Position numbers and translations under genes: made by a program
IMG/VR virus record: IMGVR_UViG_3300045988_041255
Span: 1 to 38,402 of that record
DNA from: a virus
Strand: one strand, 5' to 3'
DNA: 38,402 nucleotides
Shown here: positions 6,833 to 13,856 of the stretch, in pieces
Position numbering within the stretch: the stretch's first letter is position 1
Layout of the letters: each line of letters opens with the position of its first letter
Notes under the pieces: model-generated
Database searches by the model: none
What the model saw: the letters and a program-made list of their open reading frames with translations, nothing else
Told to the model about the DNA's origin: nothing

Positions 6833-7247
6833 CAAAAAGGCAGGTCCTCGTTGTCGTCAATCACGGCGAAGTCATCGTTTTCAGCCGGTGCACCGTATGC
6901 AGGCCGCTGTGCATCCGGAGCAGGTGCCGCAGCGCCTTTGCTTTCGCAAAATTCCTGCCGCTCCACGATGATGTCGAAGCTGTAGTGCTTCACCCCATCC
7001 TTTTCATAGCTTCCGGTCAAAATATGACCTTCCACCGCGATTTTAGTTCCCTTGTGCAGGAACTTGCCTGCGAACTCTGCGCTCTTGCCGAACGCCACGC
7101 AGCTGATAAAATCGGCATCGCGCTGGCCGTCTTTTCCGCGCTGCCGGTCAACCGCCAAGCGATACCGGCAAACACAAGCCCTCCCGCCTGCGTTTGCCGG
7201 GTCTCAGGGTCTGCCACCAGTCGACCGATCAAAATAACTTTGTTCAT
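6832..7247 (-). pseudogene. ssb: Single-stranded DNA-binding protein gene interrupted by a 1-nt frameshift
   Basis: Frame A: MNKVILIGRLVADPETRQTQAGGLV. Frame B: (C)RYRLAVDRQRGKDGQRDADFISCVAFGKSAEFAGKFL...DDNEDLPF. The frames join if one T is added to the T3 run (plus-strand AAA 7170-7172). The 416-nt span is not a multiple of 3. Confidence 0.8.
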
Positions 7248-7786
7248 GCTTTTTCCGCCTTTCTTTTTGCAAAATTCGCGTCCTGCCACACAAAGCAGCG
7301 CTTTCCCGTGCGGCTATTTTTAATGGCAAGTGCTACAATGCGCTTGCTCTCAATCACGATTTTTTCGACCTCGAAGGCGTCGCTGCACCGCCATGCCTGG
7401 CCGAACTGCTTCAGCGCGGCACAATCTGCTGCTTTAATCCAGATAAACGGGGCGGTGTAAAGCTCGCGCCCGATGCCCCAGTTAAAACAGGCCCGCTTGA
7501 AGCTGTCCGATGCAAGGCCTTTTTGCGCCTCAGTGTTGCTTTCGGTGCCAGTGTCCTCCTTCTCAACCCACTGCTTTTTCTCCCCGTCCCAGATGGATAC
7601 GATGCAATTCGCGTTGTCGCGGCAGTGGTGCCGCTGCCAATTCATCGGACCAATGGTCTCGTCCAAAATCGCCTGGTCGCACCGGGCATTTTTGTACAGC
7701 AGCAGGGATACACCTTCTTTCGTTGCCCGCTGCACCCGGCACTCGATTTCATCCGCGCGAAGGTCGCGGAATTTACAGTCTGCCAT
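7244..7786 (-). CDS. Rad52/Sak-family single-strand annealing protein
   Basis: LRADEIECRV...LLLYKNARCDQAILDETIGPMNWQR...ASDSFKRACFNWGIGRELY. Confidence 0.65.
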   Translation of the reverse strand: MADCKFRDLRADEIECRVQRATKEGVSLLLYKNARCDQAILDETIGPMNWQRHHCRDNANCIVSIWDGEKKQWVEKEDTGTESNTEAQKGLASDSFKRACFNWGIGRELYTAPFIWIKAADCAALKQFGQAWRCSDAFEVEKIVIESKRIVALAIKNSRTGKRCFVWQDANFAKRKAEKA

Positions 7787-7798
7787 GCTCGCACCTCC

Positions 7799-8263
7799 TT
7801 ACTTCACGTTCACGCTCAGGTTGTCCACCAGAGCGGCCCCGGGCACTTCAATGCCGGATTTAATCGCGGCCTTGATTGCGGCCTTATCGGGGGTTTTGCT
7901 GATCTTCTCGGCCACGTATTCCGCCGGGAGTGCAGCCTCATCAAAGACGGTCACAGCCGCAGAGCGCCGGAAGCTCACTGCGCACTTGTCGCTGCTAAAT
8001 TTCTGCCCTGCAAGCGCATCGGAGAGCCACTTTTTAAGGCTTTCCGCCTTCTTCGTGGCCTTCTGCTCACGCTCTGCAAAGGCTGCTTTTTCTGCCTTGC
8101 AAGCCATCGCTTCGGCGTTCAGGTTTTTAATCCAGAGCGCCACGCTCTCGACTTTTGCGCTCCGCTCCATGTGGAGCGCGTTCAGGGCTTCTTCGTCGAT
8201 CACTTCGCCCGTTTCCGGGTCGATGCAGGCCGTAATGGCCACATCAATCTCGTACAGATTCAC
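7799..8263 (-). CDS. Siphovirus Gp157-family protein
   Basis: GTG start in a GTGA overlap. MNLYEID...ALNALHMERSAKVESVALWIKNLNAEA...KKWL...DKAAIKAAIKSG..VPGA. Confidence 0.6.
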   Translation of the reverse strand: MNLYEIDVAITACIDPETGEVIDEEALNALHMERSAKVESVALWIKNLNAEAMACKAEKAAFAEREQKATKKAESLKKWLSDALAGQKFSSDKCAVSFRRSAAVTVFDEAALPAEYVAEKISKTPDKAAIKAAIKSGIEVPGAALVDNLSVNVK

Positions 8264-8550
8264 TTATCTTCGCCCTCCTTTTCGGGGTCTTCAGGGATGC
8301 CTTTGCTCATGGAGATTTCCTCCACAATCAGGAGGACACGGCCCGCGAATGGCGTGAAGGGGTCTTTGCCCTCCAGAAGCTTGGTGAGAATCTCATCCAG
8401 GTATCGGTCTCCAAGCCCCAGAGTGCCGCCCGACGTGGTGCACAGTGTGCCGATGTACTCGATGTCGACAAGGCGCTTATACGCGGGATTCTCGCTGCTC
8501 TTGTCGTAAGCGGCCACAACCGCGTCTAATGCTTTCGTAAAATCGTTCAT
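8260..8550 (-). CDS. Hypothetical protein
   Basis: 96-aa ORF with an AAAGGAGA RBS. Confidence 0.6.
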   Translation of the reverse strand: MNDFTKALDAVVAAYDKSSENPAYKRLVDIEYIGTLCTTSGGTLGLGDRYLDEILTKLLEGKDPFTPFAGRVLLIVEEISMSKGIPEDPEKEGEDK

Positions 8551-8565
8551 TTTTTCTCCTTTGCT

Positions 8566-8727
8566 TTATTTGATTTTTTTGCCACACCGATTCAGCGCGG
8601 GCAAATACTCGATTGACGGCCCCTCGTGGGGCTTTTTAGTCGGCACACAGTCCCGGCAGGTGTACGGGGTGCTAAAATTGCCACCGTGACACTTTTTCGC
8701 CGGGCGTGTGCAGTTTTTACAGTCCAT
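8566..8727 (-). CDS. Small Cys-rich (zinc-ribbon-like) protein, 53 aa. Below the ORF-track cutoff.
   Basis: Hand translation MDCKNCTRPAKKCHGGNFSTPYTCRDCVPTKKPHEGPSIEYLPALNRCGKKIK. Fills the 8551-8735 gap. The RBS is weak. Confidence 0.4.
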   Translation of the reverse strand: MDCKNCTRPAKKCHGGNFSTPYTCRDCVPTKKPHEGPSIEYLPALNRCGKKIK

Positions 8728-8735
8728 ATCGCACT

Positions 8736-9026
8736 TCACGGTTCACCGCCGCCTCCCATCCATGCGCCCAGCCCAGCGGCCAGGCCGATGAGAAAAATCT
8801 CGCCACCGATTGCCCAGTAGCCCCGCTGTGCGTAAGCCACCGGCACCCACACGGCCGCAGCAGCCAGAGCGCCCAGCAGTCCGCCGAAGATACCGCCCCA
8901 GTTGACGCGGGGCAAACGGCGGGGTAAGATAGTGGCAGTGCCACGCCGCGCGGGTTTGGTGCTGTTCAGGTCGTCCCGGGTTGCAGCCGGGGCGGCCTTT
9001 TTGCTTACGATGTAATACTCAGCCAT
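8736..9026 (-). CDS. Hypothetical membrane protein (two Gly/Ala-rich TM segments)
   Basis: GGIFGGLLGALAAAAVWVPV and IFLIGLAAGLGAWMGGG. RBS AGAGGAGA. Confidence 0.6.
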   Translation of the reverse strand: MAEYYIVSKKAAPAATRDDLNSTKPARRGTATILPRRLPRVNWGGIFGGLLGALAAAAVWVPVAYAQRGYWAIGGEIFLIGLAAGLGAWMGGGGEP

Positions 9027-9483
9027 TCTTTATCTCCTCTGCCACACGCACCGGCAGGATGATATGGTCCACCTTACCGGCTACAGTGTCCACAAACTTA
9101 ACAGCGCTCAGCTCATTCCGGACGTATGCCGTGAATTTTTTGGACTGGTACCGTTTCATCGGGCTTTCTTGCACCCAGACTTTTATTGATGCATCATCAC
9201 GCGCCCGGTACTCTCGGAGAATGCCGCCGTTGGCGTCAAGCGTGGCACGACGCTTTGTAAGCTCGGCCTCCACATAGCCATCGTCAAGAGAGAACAAATT
9301 TCCAAGCAAAGGAATATGATACATTTTAGACATGTCAATGCACATATCTTGCTTGGGTACAGCGAACACTGAATAGCCGTCAAACGTTATGTATGCATCC
9401 ACATCATCACAATCATACGCCACGAGAGTTTCGTGAGCGACAAGCGCCTTGAACGCTTTTACCTGCAACTGTGCTTTAGTCAT
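9019..9483 (-). CDS. Hypothetical protein
   Basis: 154-aa ORF with a GGAGGAGA RBS. Confidence 0.65.
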   Translation of the reverse strand: MTKAQLQVKAFKALVAHETLVAYDCDDVDAYITFDGYSVFAVPKQDMCIDMSKMYHIPLLGNLFSLDDGYVEAELTKRRATLDANGGILREYRARDDASIKVWVQESPMKRYQSKKFTAYVRNELSAVKFVDTVAGKVDHIILPVRVAEEIKNG

Positions 9484-9498
9484 GCTTTCGTCTCCTCC

Positions 9499-9651
9499 TC
9501 ATTCCGCCCACATTGCCAGCAGCCAGGTGGCCAGCATCAGTGCCGCCGTTTGGGCTGCTTTGGGCTTTTTGTCGGCCGCCACACAAGCGGCCATGTACCA
9601 GATCAGCGCTGCCAGCCCCAGCCAGGGCAGCAGGCTCAGCAAAACCCTCAT
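9499..9651 (-). CDS. Small membrane protein, 50 aa. Below the ORF-track cutoff.
   Basis: ATGA overlap with the upstream stop. MRVLLSLLPWLGLAALIWYMAACVAADKKPKAAQTAALMLATWLLAMWAE. Preferred over the Arg-rich 128-aa ORF 9476..9862. Confidence 0.5.
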   Translation of the reverse strand: MRVLLSLLPWLGLAALIWYMAACVAADKKPKAAQTAALMLATWLLAMWAE

Positions 9652-9911
9652 CGTTCCAGCGCCTCCTTGGCCTGCTCCAGGGTGGTGATCTCCTGGCCCT
9701 CGTCGAGTGCCTTGCGGATGGCCTCAAAGGTGGCCGTCCGCTCCCGGTACCACTTGGCCACCCGGGTCGCGCCGACGCGCTCGGCCTTCGGCATGTACCG
9801 GTTGTTTGCGCAGCGCTCGGCGGATTCGGCGTTTTCCGCCATCCGGTCCTGGGCCACCGCACAGGCGGCCTGCAAGGTCATCACCTCGCGAATGCTCAAT
9901 TCATACAGCAT
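9648..9911 (-). CDS. Hypothetical protein
   Basis: 87-aa ORF with a TAAGGAGG RBS. Confidence 0.65.
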   Translation of the reverse strand: MLYELSIREVMTLQAACAVAQDRMAENAESAERCANNRYMPKAERVGATRVAKWYRERTATFEAIRKALDEGQEITTLEQAKEALER

Positions 9912-9937
9912 TGTTTGCCTCCTTACTCTTCAAAACT

Positions 9938-10147
9938 TTAGCAAATCTGTCGCGCAAGCGCCGTCGCCGGTATCCTTTTCCCCCGGCCAGAGCCTGTCCA
10001 TCCGGCCAGCTTTGTGACCTTCCGGGGGCCGTGCGGGTCGCTCCCGTACACAATCCGTGCCGCCTCTTCGACGGTCACAAGCTCTCCGGATGCCTCCCGC
10101 CGGACGCGCTCTAGTGCATCACGGTAGCCTTCCCGCTCTCTGCTCAT
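9938..10147 (-). CDS. Hypothetical small basic protein (possibly DNA-binding)
   Basis: 69-aa ORF with a GAAGGAGG RBS. Confidence 0.5.
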   Translation of the reverse strand: MSREREGYRDALERVRREASGELVTVEEAARIVYGSDPHGPRKVTKLAGWTGSGRGKRIPATALARQIC

Positions 10148-10343
10148 AGCCCACCGCCTCCTTCATCTCGCGGACGCTGACCCCGTAGAGGTCAGCCATC
10201 TTTTTGATGTTTTGCAGTCGCGGGCAAGCTCTGCCACGCTCCCAGCGGTTGATGGTGGGCGGGGTAAGCCCCAGCCGGGCCGCAAGGCTGCACTGGCTCA
10301 AACCCGCGCTTTCACGCAGTTCTCGCAACCGGTCATTGTGCAT
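10119..10343 (-). CDS. XRE-family helix-turn-helix transcriptional regulator
   Basis: LRELRESAGLSQCSLAARLGLTPPTINRWERGRACP. Confidence 0.8.
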   Translation of the reverse strand: MHNDRLRELRESAGLSQCSLAARLGLTPPTINRWERGRACPRLQNIKKMADLYGVSVREMKEAVGYEQRAGRLP

Positions 10344-10538
10344 TTACTTCACCTCCTTCAAATCCACGTCCTGCGCCGTCAGACGGCCAGCAAGCTCACG
10401 CTGGAGCTTCTCCAGCGCACCGTCCAGCACAGCCGCCGCCGTTTCGTCCTGCCGCTTCACGGCGTTTTGATACGCCGCGAAGACAAGGCTGTTGACCGTC
10501 GTAAGCTCGACGGTGCTCAGCATGATAGGCAAATCCAT
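10344..10538 (-). CDS. Hypothetical protein
   Basis: 64-aa ORF with a GGGGGGA RBS. Confidence 0.55.
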   Translation of the reverse strand: MDLPIMLSTVELTTVNSLVFAAYQNAVKRQDETAAAVLDGALEKLQRELAGRLTAQDVDLKEVK

Positions 10539-10556
10539 GTGCGTCCCCCCTTTTTT

Positions 10557-10766
10557 TTAGATGTCTAAGATGTACGCCGGGCCGCTTGCCTTCGCCTGTA
10601 CAGCGGTCACGGTGCCGGTCCGGTGGCACTCTTTGGCCCAGCGCTTGCCGTGCCAGATGGCTTGCGATTCCGTCTTGAAGGTCTCGCCGCTTGCGCACGG
10701 GCACTCAAACCCTCGGCACTGCTCGATGTCCGCCGCGTCTGGCGTAAAGAACCACCAAAATGCCAT
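10557..10766 (-). CDS. Hypothetical Cys-containing protein
   Basis: Start moved to ATG 10766 behind AAGGAG. 69 aa. Confidence 0.55.
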   Translation of the reverse strand: MAFWWFFTPDAADIEQCRGFECPCASGETFKTESQAIWHGKRWAKECHRTGTVTAVQAKASGPAYILDI

Positions 10767-10771
10767 TCTGC

Positions 10772-11545
10772 TCACTCCTTCTCTGCTTCGCTTTGCTTCG
10801 TCGGGAAAATGCCCGCTTTGGCCAGCTGCTTCGCCAAAAAGGCGCAGCCCCTTGCCGTCCACAGCGTTTCAGGGTGCTGGTGGGTCCGCCCGTCATTGTG
10901 CGGGATAAGGTTCACACGGGTTTCGGTGTAGCCCTTACCCGTGTACTTCTGGTAGAGCAACCACTGCCCGCCCTGCCGGTACTGGATGCCCAACGCATGG
11001 AGCATCCGGTTGAGCTGCTTCGCGCTCATGCCGTAGTCCTTCGCGATGCTGCCGATAAGCCGCCCGCCGCTCGCCAGCAGGAAGTTTTGTGCGTACTCGG
11101 CGGCAGGTGCGAGCTTCGCGGTTTTCGCCTGCTCAGCCTTGAGCTGCTGCGCAAGGCTGATGATGACATCAGGGTTGAGCAGCGCTTCCTCGATTTTCTG
11201 CGTGGTCATATAAGCCCCGTGCTTGCGGATGCTCGGCAGTACCTCGCTGGTTACCCAGCGTTTAAACTTCTTGGCGGTGGGGAGCTTGCTGGATAACACC
11301 AAAGCATACAGGCCGGATTCATTGATGAGCGTTGCCGCCTGTTCCCTGCCGATGGAGTCACGAATCGTTACCCCATCTCCCTGTCGCTTGTCCTCTGAAT
11401 CCACATGGTCTGCAAGCGCCTTTCGCGGATTGGTGTACCCAAGCGCCTCCGCCACATCTTTACCCACCAACCAAGGCTCGCCGTCCTGCTCGATCACTCG
11501 CAGCGTGCCGAATTCCGGATTCTCCCAGATCTTCAAATCTCCCAT
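10772..11545 (-). CDS. Phage antirepressor (BRO-N domain plus KilA-C/ANT C-terminal domain)
   Basis: IWENPEFGTLRVIEQDGEPWLVGKDVAEALGYTNPRKALADHV...LINESGLYALVLSSKLPTAKKFKRWVTSEVLPSIRKHGAY, then AKDYGMSAKQLNRMLHALGI. ATG 11545 has better SD spacing than 11554. Confidence 0.75.
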   Translation of the reverse strand: MGDLKIWENPEFGTLRVIEQDGEPWLVGKDVAEALGYTNPRKALADHVDSEDKRQGDGVTIRDSIGREQAATLINESGLYALVLSSKLPTAKKFKRWVTSEVLPSIRKHGAYMTTQKIEEALLNPDVIISLAQQLKAEQAKTAKLAPAAEYAQNFLLASGGRLIGSIAKDYGMSAKQLNRMLHALGIQYRQGGQWLLYQKYTGKGYTETRVNLIPHNDGRTHQHPETLWTARGCAFLAKQLAKAGIFPTKQSEAEKE

Positions 11546-11550
11546 ATATT

Positions 11551-11763
11551 TCATTCTCCTTTCTCGCTCTGTTCAAGCCGTTCGACAATAATCTCGTTCA
11601 CGGCGGCTTCAAACCGCTGCTGTGCATTCGGTGGGCGGCGATAGCAATTCAGCACTTGGCTGATGTAGCCTTTGGTGATTCCCATTTTTTTACTCAAATC
11701 GTCATAGGTTACATTGTAGTTGTGCATCCGCCCGATCAGCTGGCCTGTCCATTTTTCAGGCAT
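11551..11763 (-). CDS. Cro-like HTH protein, first gene of the leftward early operon
   Basis: ATG 11763 behind GGGGTGA. VTYDDLSKKMGITKGYISQVLN is an HTH. Confidence 0.6.
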   Translation of the reverse strand: MPEKWTGQLIGRMHNYNVTYDDLSKKMGITKGYISQVLNCYRRPPNAQQRFEAAVNEIIVERLEQSEKGE

Positions 11764-11790
11764 TTTTTCACCCCCAATCTGTAAAAAAAT

Positions 11791-11819
11791 TTGACTCAAG
11801 CGGCAATACCTGATATAAT
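11791..11819 (+). promoter_or_regulatory. Near-consensus sigma-70-type promoter
   Basis: TTGACT (11791-96), 17-bp spacer, TATAAT (11814-19). Inverted repeat GGCAAT/ATTGCC (11802-07 / 11824-29) brackets the -10. Confidence 0.7.
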
Positions 11820-11825
11820 CTGGAT

Positions 11826-12118
11826 TGCCATAGATATGGCAGAAAGGAAGTGAGGTCGGCCTTGACCAAACTTTTGATTATGCCCGTTCCAGACTAAAGA
11901 AATTGCGTAACGCGTATGGCTATACGGCAGTCCCAAAGCTGCCAAAGGTTACGGCAAGTCTACAGAATTGCAAGTTCGTTTTGCAAGCAGCGGATGCGCA
12001 TTGCACAAAGGACCGTGTACGTGCCCACCCACATTGGGAGGTTCCGCTGCTGCAAACTTGTTCTGGTAAAAAACTTTGGGAGAAGGCTATCTACTAACGG
12101 ACAGTAGATAGCTTTTTT
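11826..12118 (+). ncRNA. Candidate ~290-nt structured noncoding RNA of the immunity region (class unknown)
   Basis: Bounded by the 11791 promoter and the 12086-12118 terminator. The only ORFs lack an RBS or run into the terminator. A 12-bp long-range stem pairs 11981-93 with 12044-55. Several local hairpins. Confidence 0.5.
12086..12118 (+). terminator. Rho-independent terminator
   Basis: GCTATCTACT-aacggac-AGTAGATAGC followed by TTTTTT. Perfect 10-bp stem. Confidence 0.85.
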
Positions 12119-12142
12119 ATTGCCGCTGCAGTCACTTTATGG

Positions 12143-12171
12143 TTGCAAAAGTTTACTAACCGTGTTATAGT
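12143..12171 (+). promoter_or_regulatory. Promoter for the 12346 HTH gene
   Basis: TTGCAA (12143-48), 17-bp spacer, TATAGT (12166-71). A GTTTAC half-site sits in the spacer. Confidence 0.55.
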
Positions 12172-12223
12172 TAAATTGCAAAATACCTATAACAAGTTGC
12201 CTGGCTTTGCTATACCTCAGATT

Positions 12224-12238
12224 GTTTACTCGGTAAAC
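12224..12238. promoter_or_regulatory. Operator-like perfect palindrome GTTTAC-TCG-GTAAAC
   Basis: 15-bp dyad. Related copies: GTTTAC-T-GTAAAG at 12275-87 and half-sites at 12151-56 and 12305-10. Confidence 0.5.
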
Positions 12239-12345
12239 TTTCGTAACCAACAAGTACAGTATAGCAAGGTTTGTGTTTACTGTAAAGTATTTTCTGGTAA
12301 TTTTGTAAACTTTAGCAACTTGCACAGAAGCAGAGGCGTGAAATT

Positions 12346-12777
12346 ATGAATTTTTATAATACTTATGTAAAACTGTGCAAAGAGCTTGGAAGTTCACCGT
12401 CTCAAATTGCGGTTGATGCCGGTTTTTCCAAGCCGACAGTGTCTCGATGGAAGAAAGGTGGCGGATGCACAGACATAAATCTTGTAATTTTAGCCTCATA
12501 CTTTACGGAAAAGCTCGGAAGGCCGATAACGGTACAATATCTAAAAGGCGATGACAGCCAAACGGTTGACGATCAGTACAAAGATGTGCCGGAAGATGTA
12601 AAAACGCTTGCAGCGGCTATAGCACTGGCTAAAAAAATGCAAGAAAAAAGCTCACCAGCCAAAAAGGCTGATGAGCTTACTAAAGATGATGTAGAAAAAT
12701 GGATTAAAACAGAAGCTACAGATGAAGAGCTTATACAATTCATCGCGGCTGCATCCGCAAAGCTGGCGAAAAAATGA
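12346..12777 (+). CDS. XRE-type HTH protein in an AT-rich island
   Basis: SPSQIAVDAGFSKPTVSRWKKGG is an HTH. The C-terminal half is Lys/Glu/Ala-rich and helical. Confidence 0.75.
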   Translation: MNFYNTYVKLCKELGSSPSQIAVDAGFSKPTVSRWKKGGGCTDINLVILASYFTEKLGRPITVQYLKGDDSQTVDDQYKDVPEDVKTLAAAIALAKKMQEKSSPAKKADELTKDDVEKWIKTEATDEELIQFIAAASAKLAKK

Positions 12778-13189
12778 AAATCAAAAGGTTATATATATCA
12801 ATTTTGTCCCTCATTTTGCCCCCTATTAGTTATATCTATGTACAAATCAATAGCTTCTTTGAGGGAGAGCTGCTTTAAGTATTTTAATGATAATTTTCGC
12901 AAATAATCAATGTCCTGGCTTTTGTTTTGTGTCATTACGCATTTCCCCTTTCTACATTTATATTACTATGTACTCCTTTCTGCTTGCCCCCACCGGATGG
13001 CAAGGGCCTTCAGGCGTTCGGGCGGCTGCTTCTTGTGCAGCCGCTCATTCTGTATACACTCGTTTTCCATTTTGCCCTCGCTTTCTTCCGTGGTGGGATT
13101 TCACTTTTTCTGTAAGTCCATGCATTGTGCGGCCCTCACTCCATGTCAGTACACCTGCATCCCATTACGTATATGATAACACTCACACG

Positions 13190-13219
13190 TTGTCATAAAA
13201 AGAAAGAAAAACGTACTAA
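13190..13219 (+). promoter_or_regulatory. Possible promoter of the repressor-integrase transcript
   Basis: TTGTCA, 18-bp spacer, TACTAA. Confidence 0.3.
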
Positions 13220-13278
13220 ATTCCGCTGAAAAGTGATAGTTTTTTAGCCCACAAGATTTTTAAGAAGGAGGTATTTTT

Positions 13279-13851
13279 GTGTACAACGTCAAAAGAATCG
13301 CCGCCCTTTTGTACAATGCGCGAACAAAAGCAGGGTGCAGCCAGGAAGGCATTGCCGAAATGCTGGACATCAGCAAGCAGACGGTGAGAAACTGGGAAAA
13401 AGGCACGTCCACGCCGAATTTGCATGAGTTTGTGATGTGGTACAGGGTGCTGGGAATGAACTGCTTCCGCGACATCATGCGCCTGATACACCCGGAGCTT
13501 TATGAGGACTTTGAGGGCAGCGCCGCCGATGTGGAGCAGCGCCGCAACGGCCTTTTTAAGTACCTTGCAGACTGCCCGCCGGGCGAAGTGGACAAGCTGG
13601 CCTTTTTGATCTTCGGGGCGCACGGCTCTGACTGGCCGTCCATGCTAGACGAGTATGTAGCCAATGCACACTGCACCATGCGCAGCCGGGCGGCCGTGTG
13701 CGGGCTGATACTGGATAACTACACCCTCGAGGCAGGCACGGGCGAACTGGTGGTGCCGGAGACGGCCCCGCCGTGCCTGGAAAATCTCAAAAATGCCTAT
13801 GCCGCCGGGAAGAACGCGGCGCACCTGGGCCGGAACGAATACGCGAGGTGA
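13279..13851 (+). CDS. CI-like repressor candidate: XRE HTH plus a C-terminal domain with no recognisable S24 peptidase motif
   Basis: GTG start 8 nt after AAGGAGG. CSQEGIAEMLDISKQTVRNWEKGTSTP. Confidence 0.65.
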   Translation: MYNVKRIAALLYNARTKAGCSQEGIAEMLDISKQTVRNWEKGTSTPNLHEFVMWYRVLGMNCFRDIMRLIHPELYEDFEGSAADVEQRRNGLFKYLADCPPGEVDKLAFLIFGAHGSDWPSMLDEYVANAHCTMRSRAAVCGLILDNYTLEAGTGELVVPETAPPCLENLKNAYAAGKNAAHLGRNEYAR

Positions 13852-13856
13852 GGAAA

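Noticed and set aside
7158-7158. TTG-initiated N-terminally truncated SSB (ORF 6832..7158) as the real gene
   Set aside because: It would lack the first OB-fold strands. The upstream ATG at 7247 is ATGA-coupled and encodes exactly the missing SSB N-terminus in another frame, so a frameshift is the simpler explanation.
9476-9862. 128-aa Arg/Pro-rich minus-strand ORF
   Set aside because: Out of frame with, and overlapping, the better-supported 9648..9911 gene. The short ATGA-coupled 50-aa membrane ORF explains the 9499-9651 gap better.
11903-12107. ORFs of 63-64 aa inside the candidate immunity-region RNA
   Set aside because: No Shine-Dalgarno sequence, in a genome where almost every gene has a strong one. 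One uses a TTG start. Both read into the terminator stem. Composition is basic and Cys-rich.
12887-13198. Three overlapping plus-strand ORFs (103, 88 and 62 aa) in the AT-rich gap
   Set aside because: All three frames are open only because the strand is pyrimidine-rich and so poor in stop codons. No RBS, and the translations are Phe/Ser/Cys/Leu-rich.
11791-13278. Retron, DGR or type III toxin-antitoxin RNA
   Set aside because: There is no reverse transcriptase ORF anywhere in the window, no tandem ~36-nt repeats, and no adjacent toxin-like ORF.
13216-13623. 135-aa minus-strand ORF
   Set aside because: Antisense to the well-supported HTH repressor gene 13279..13851. No RBS.
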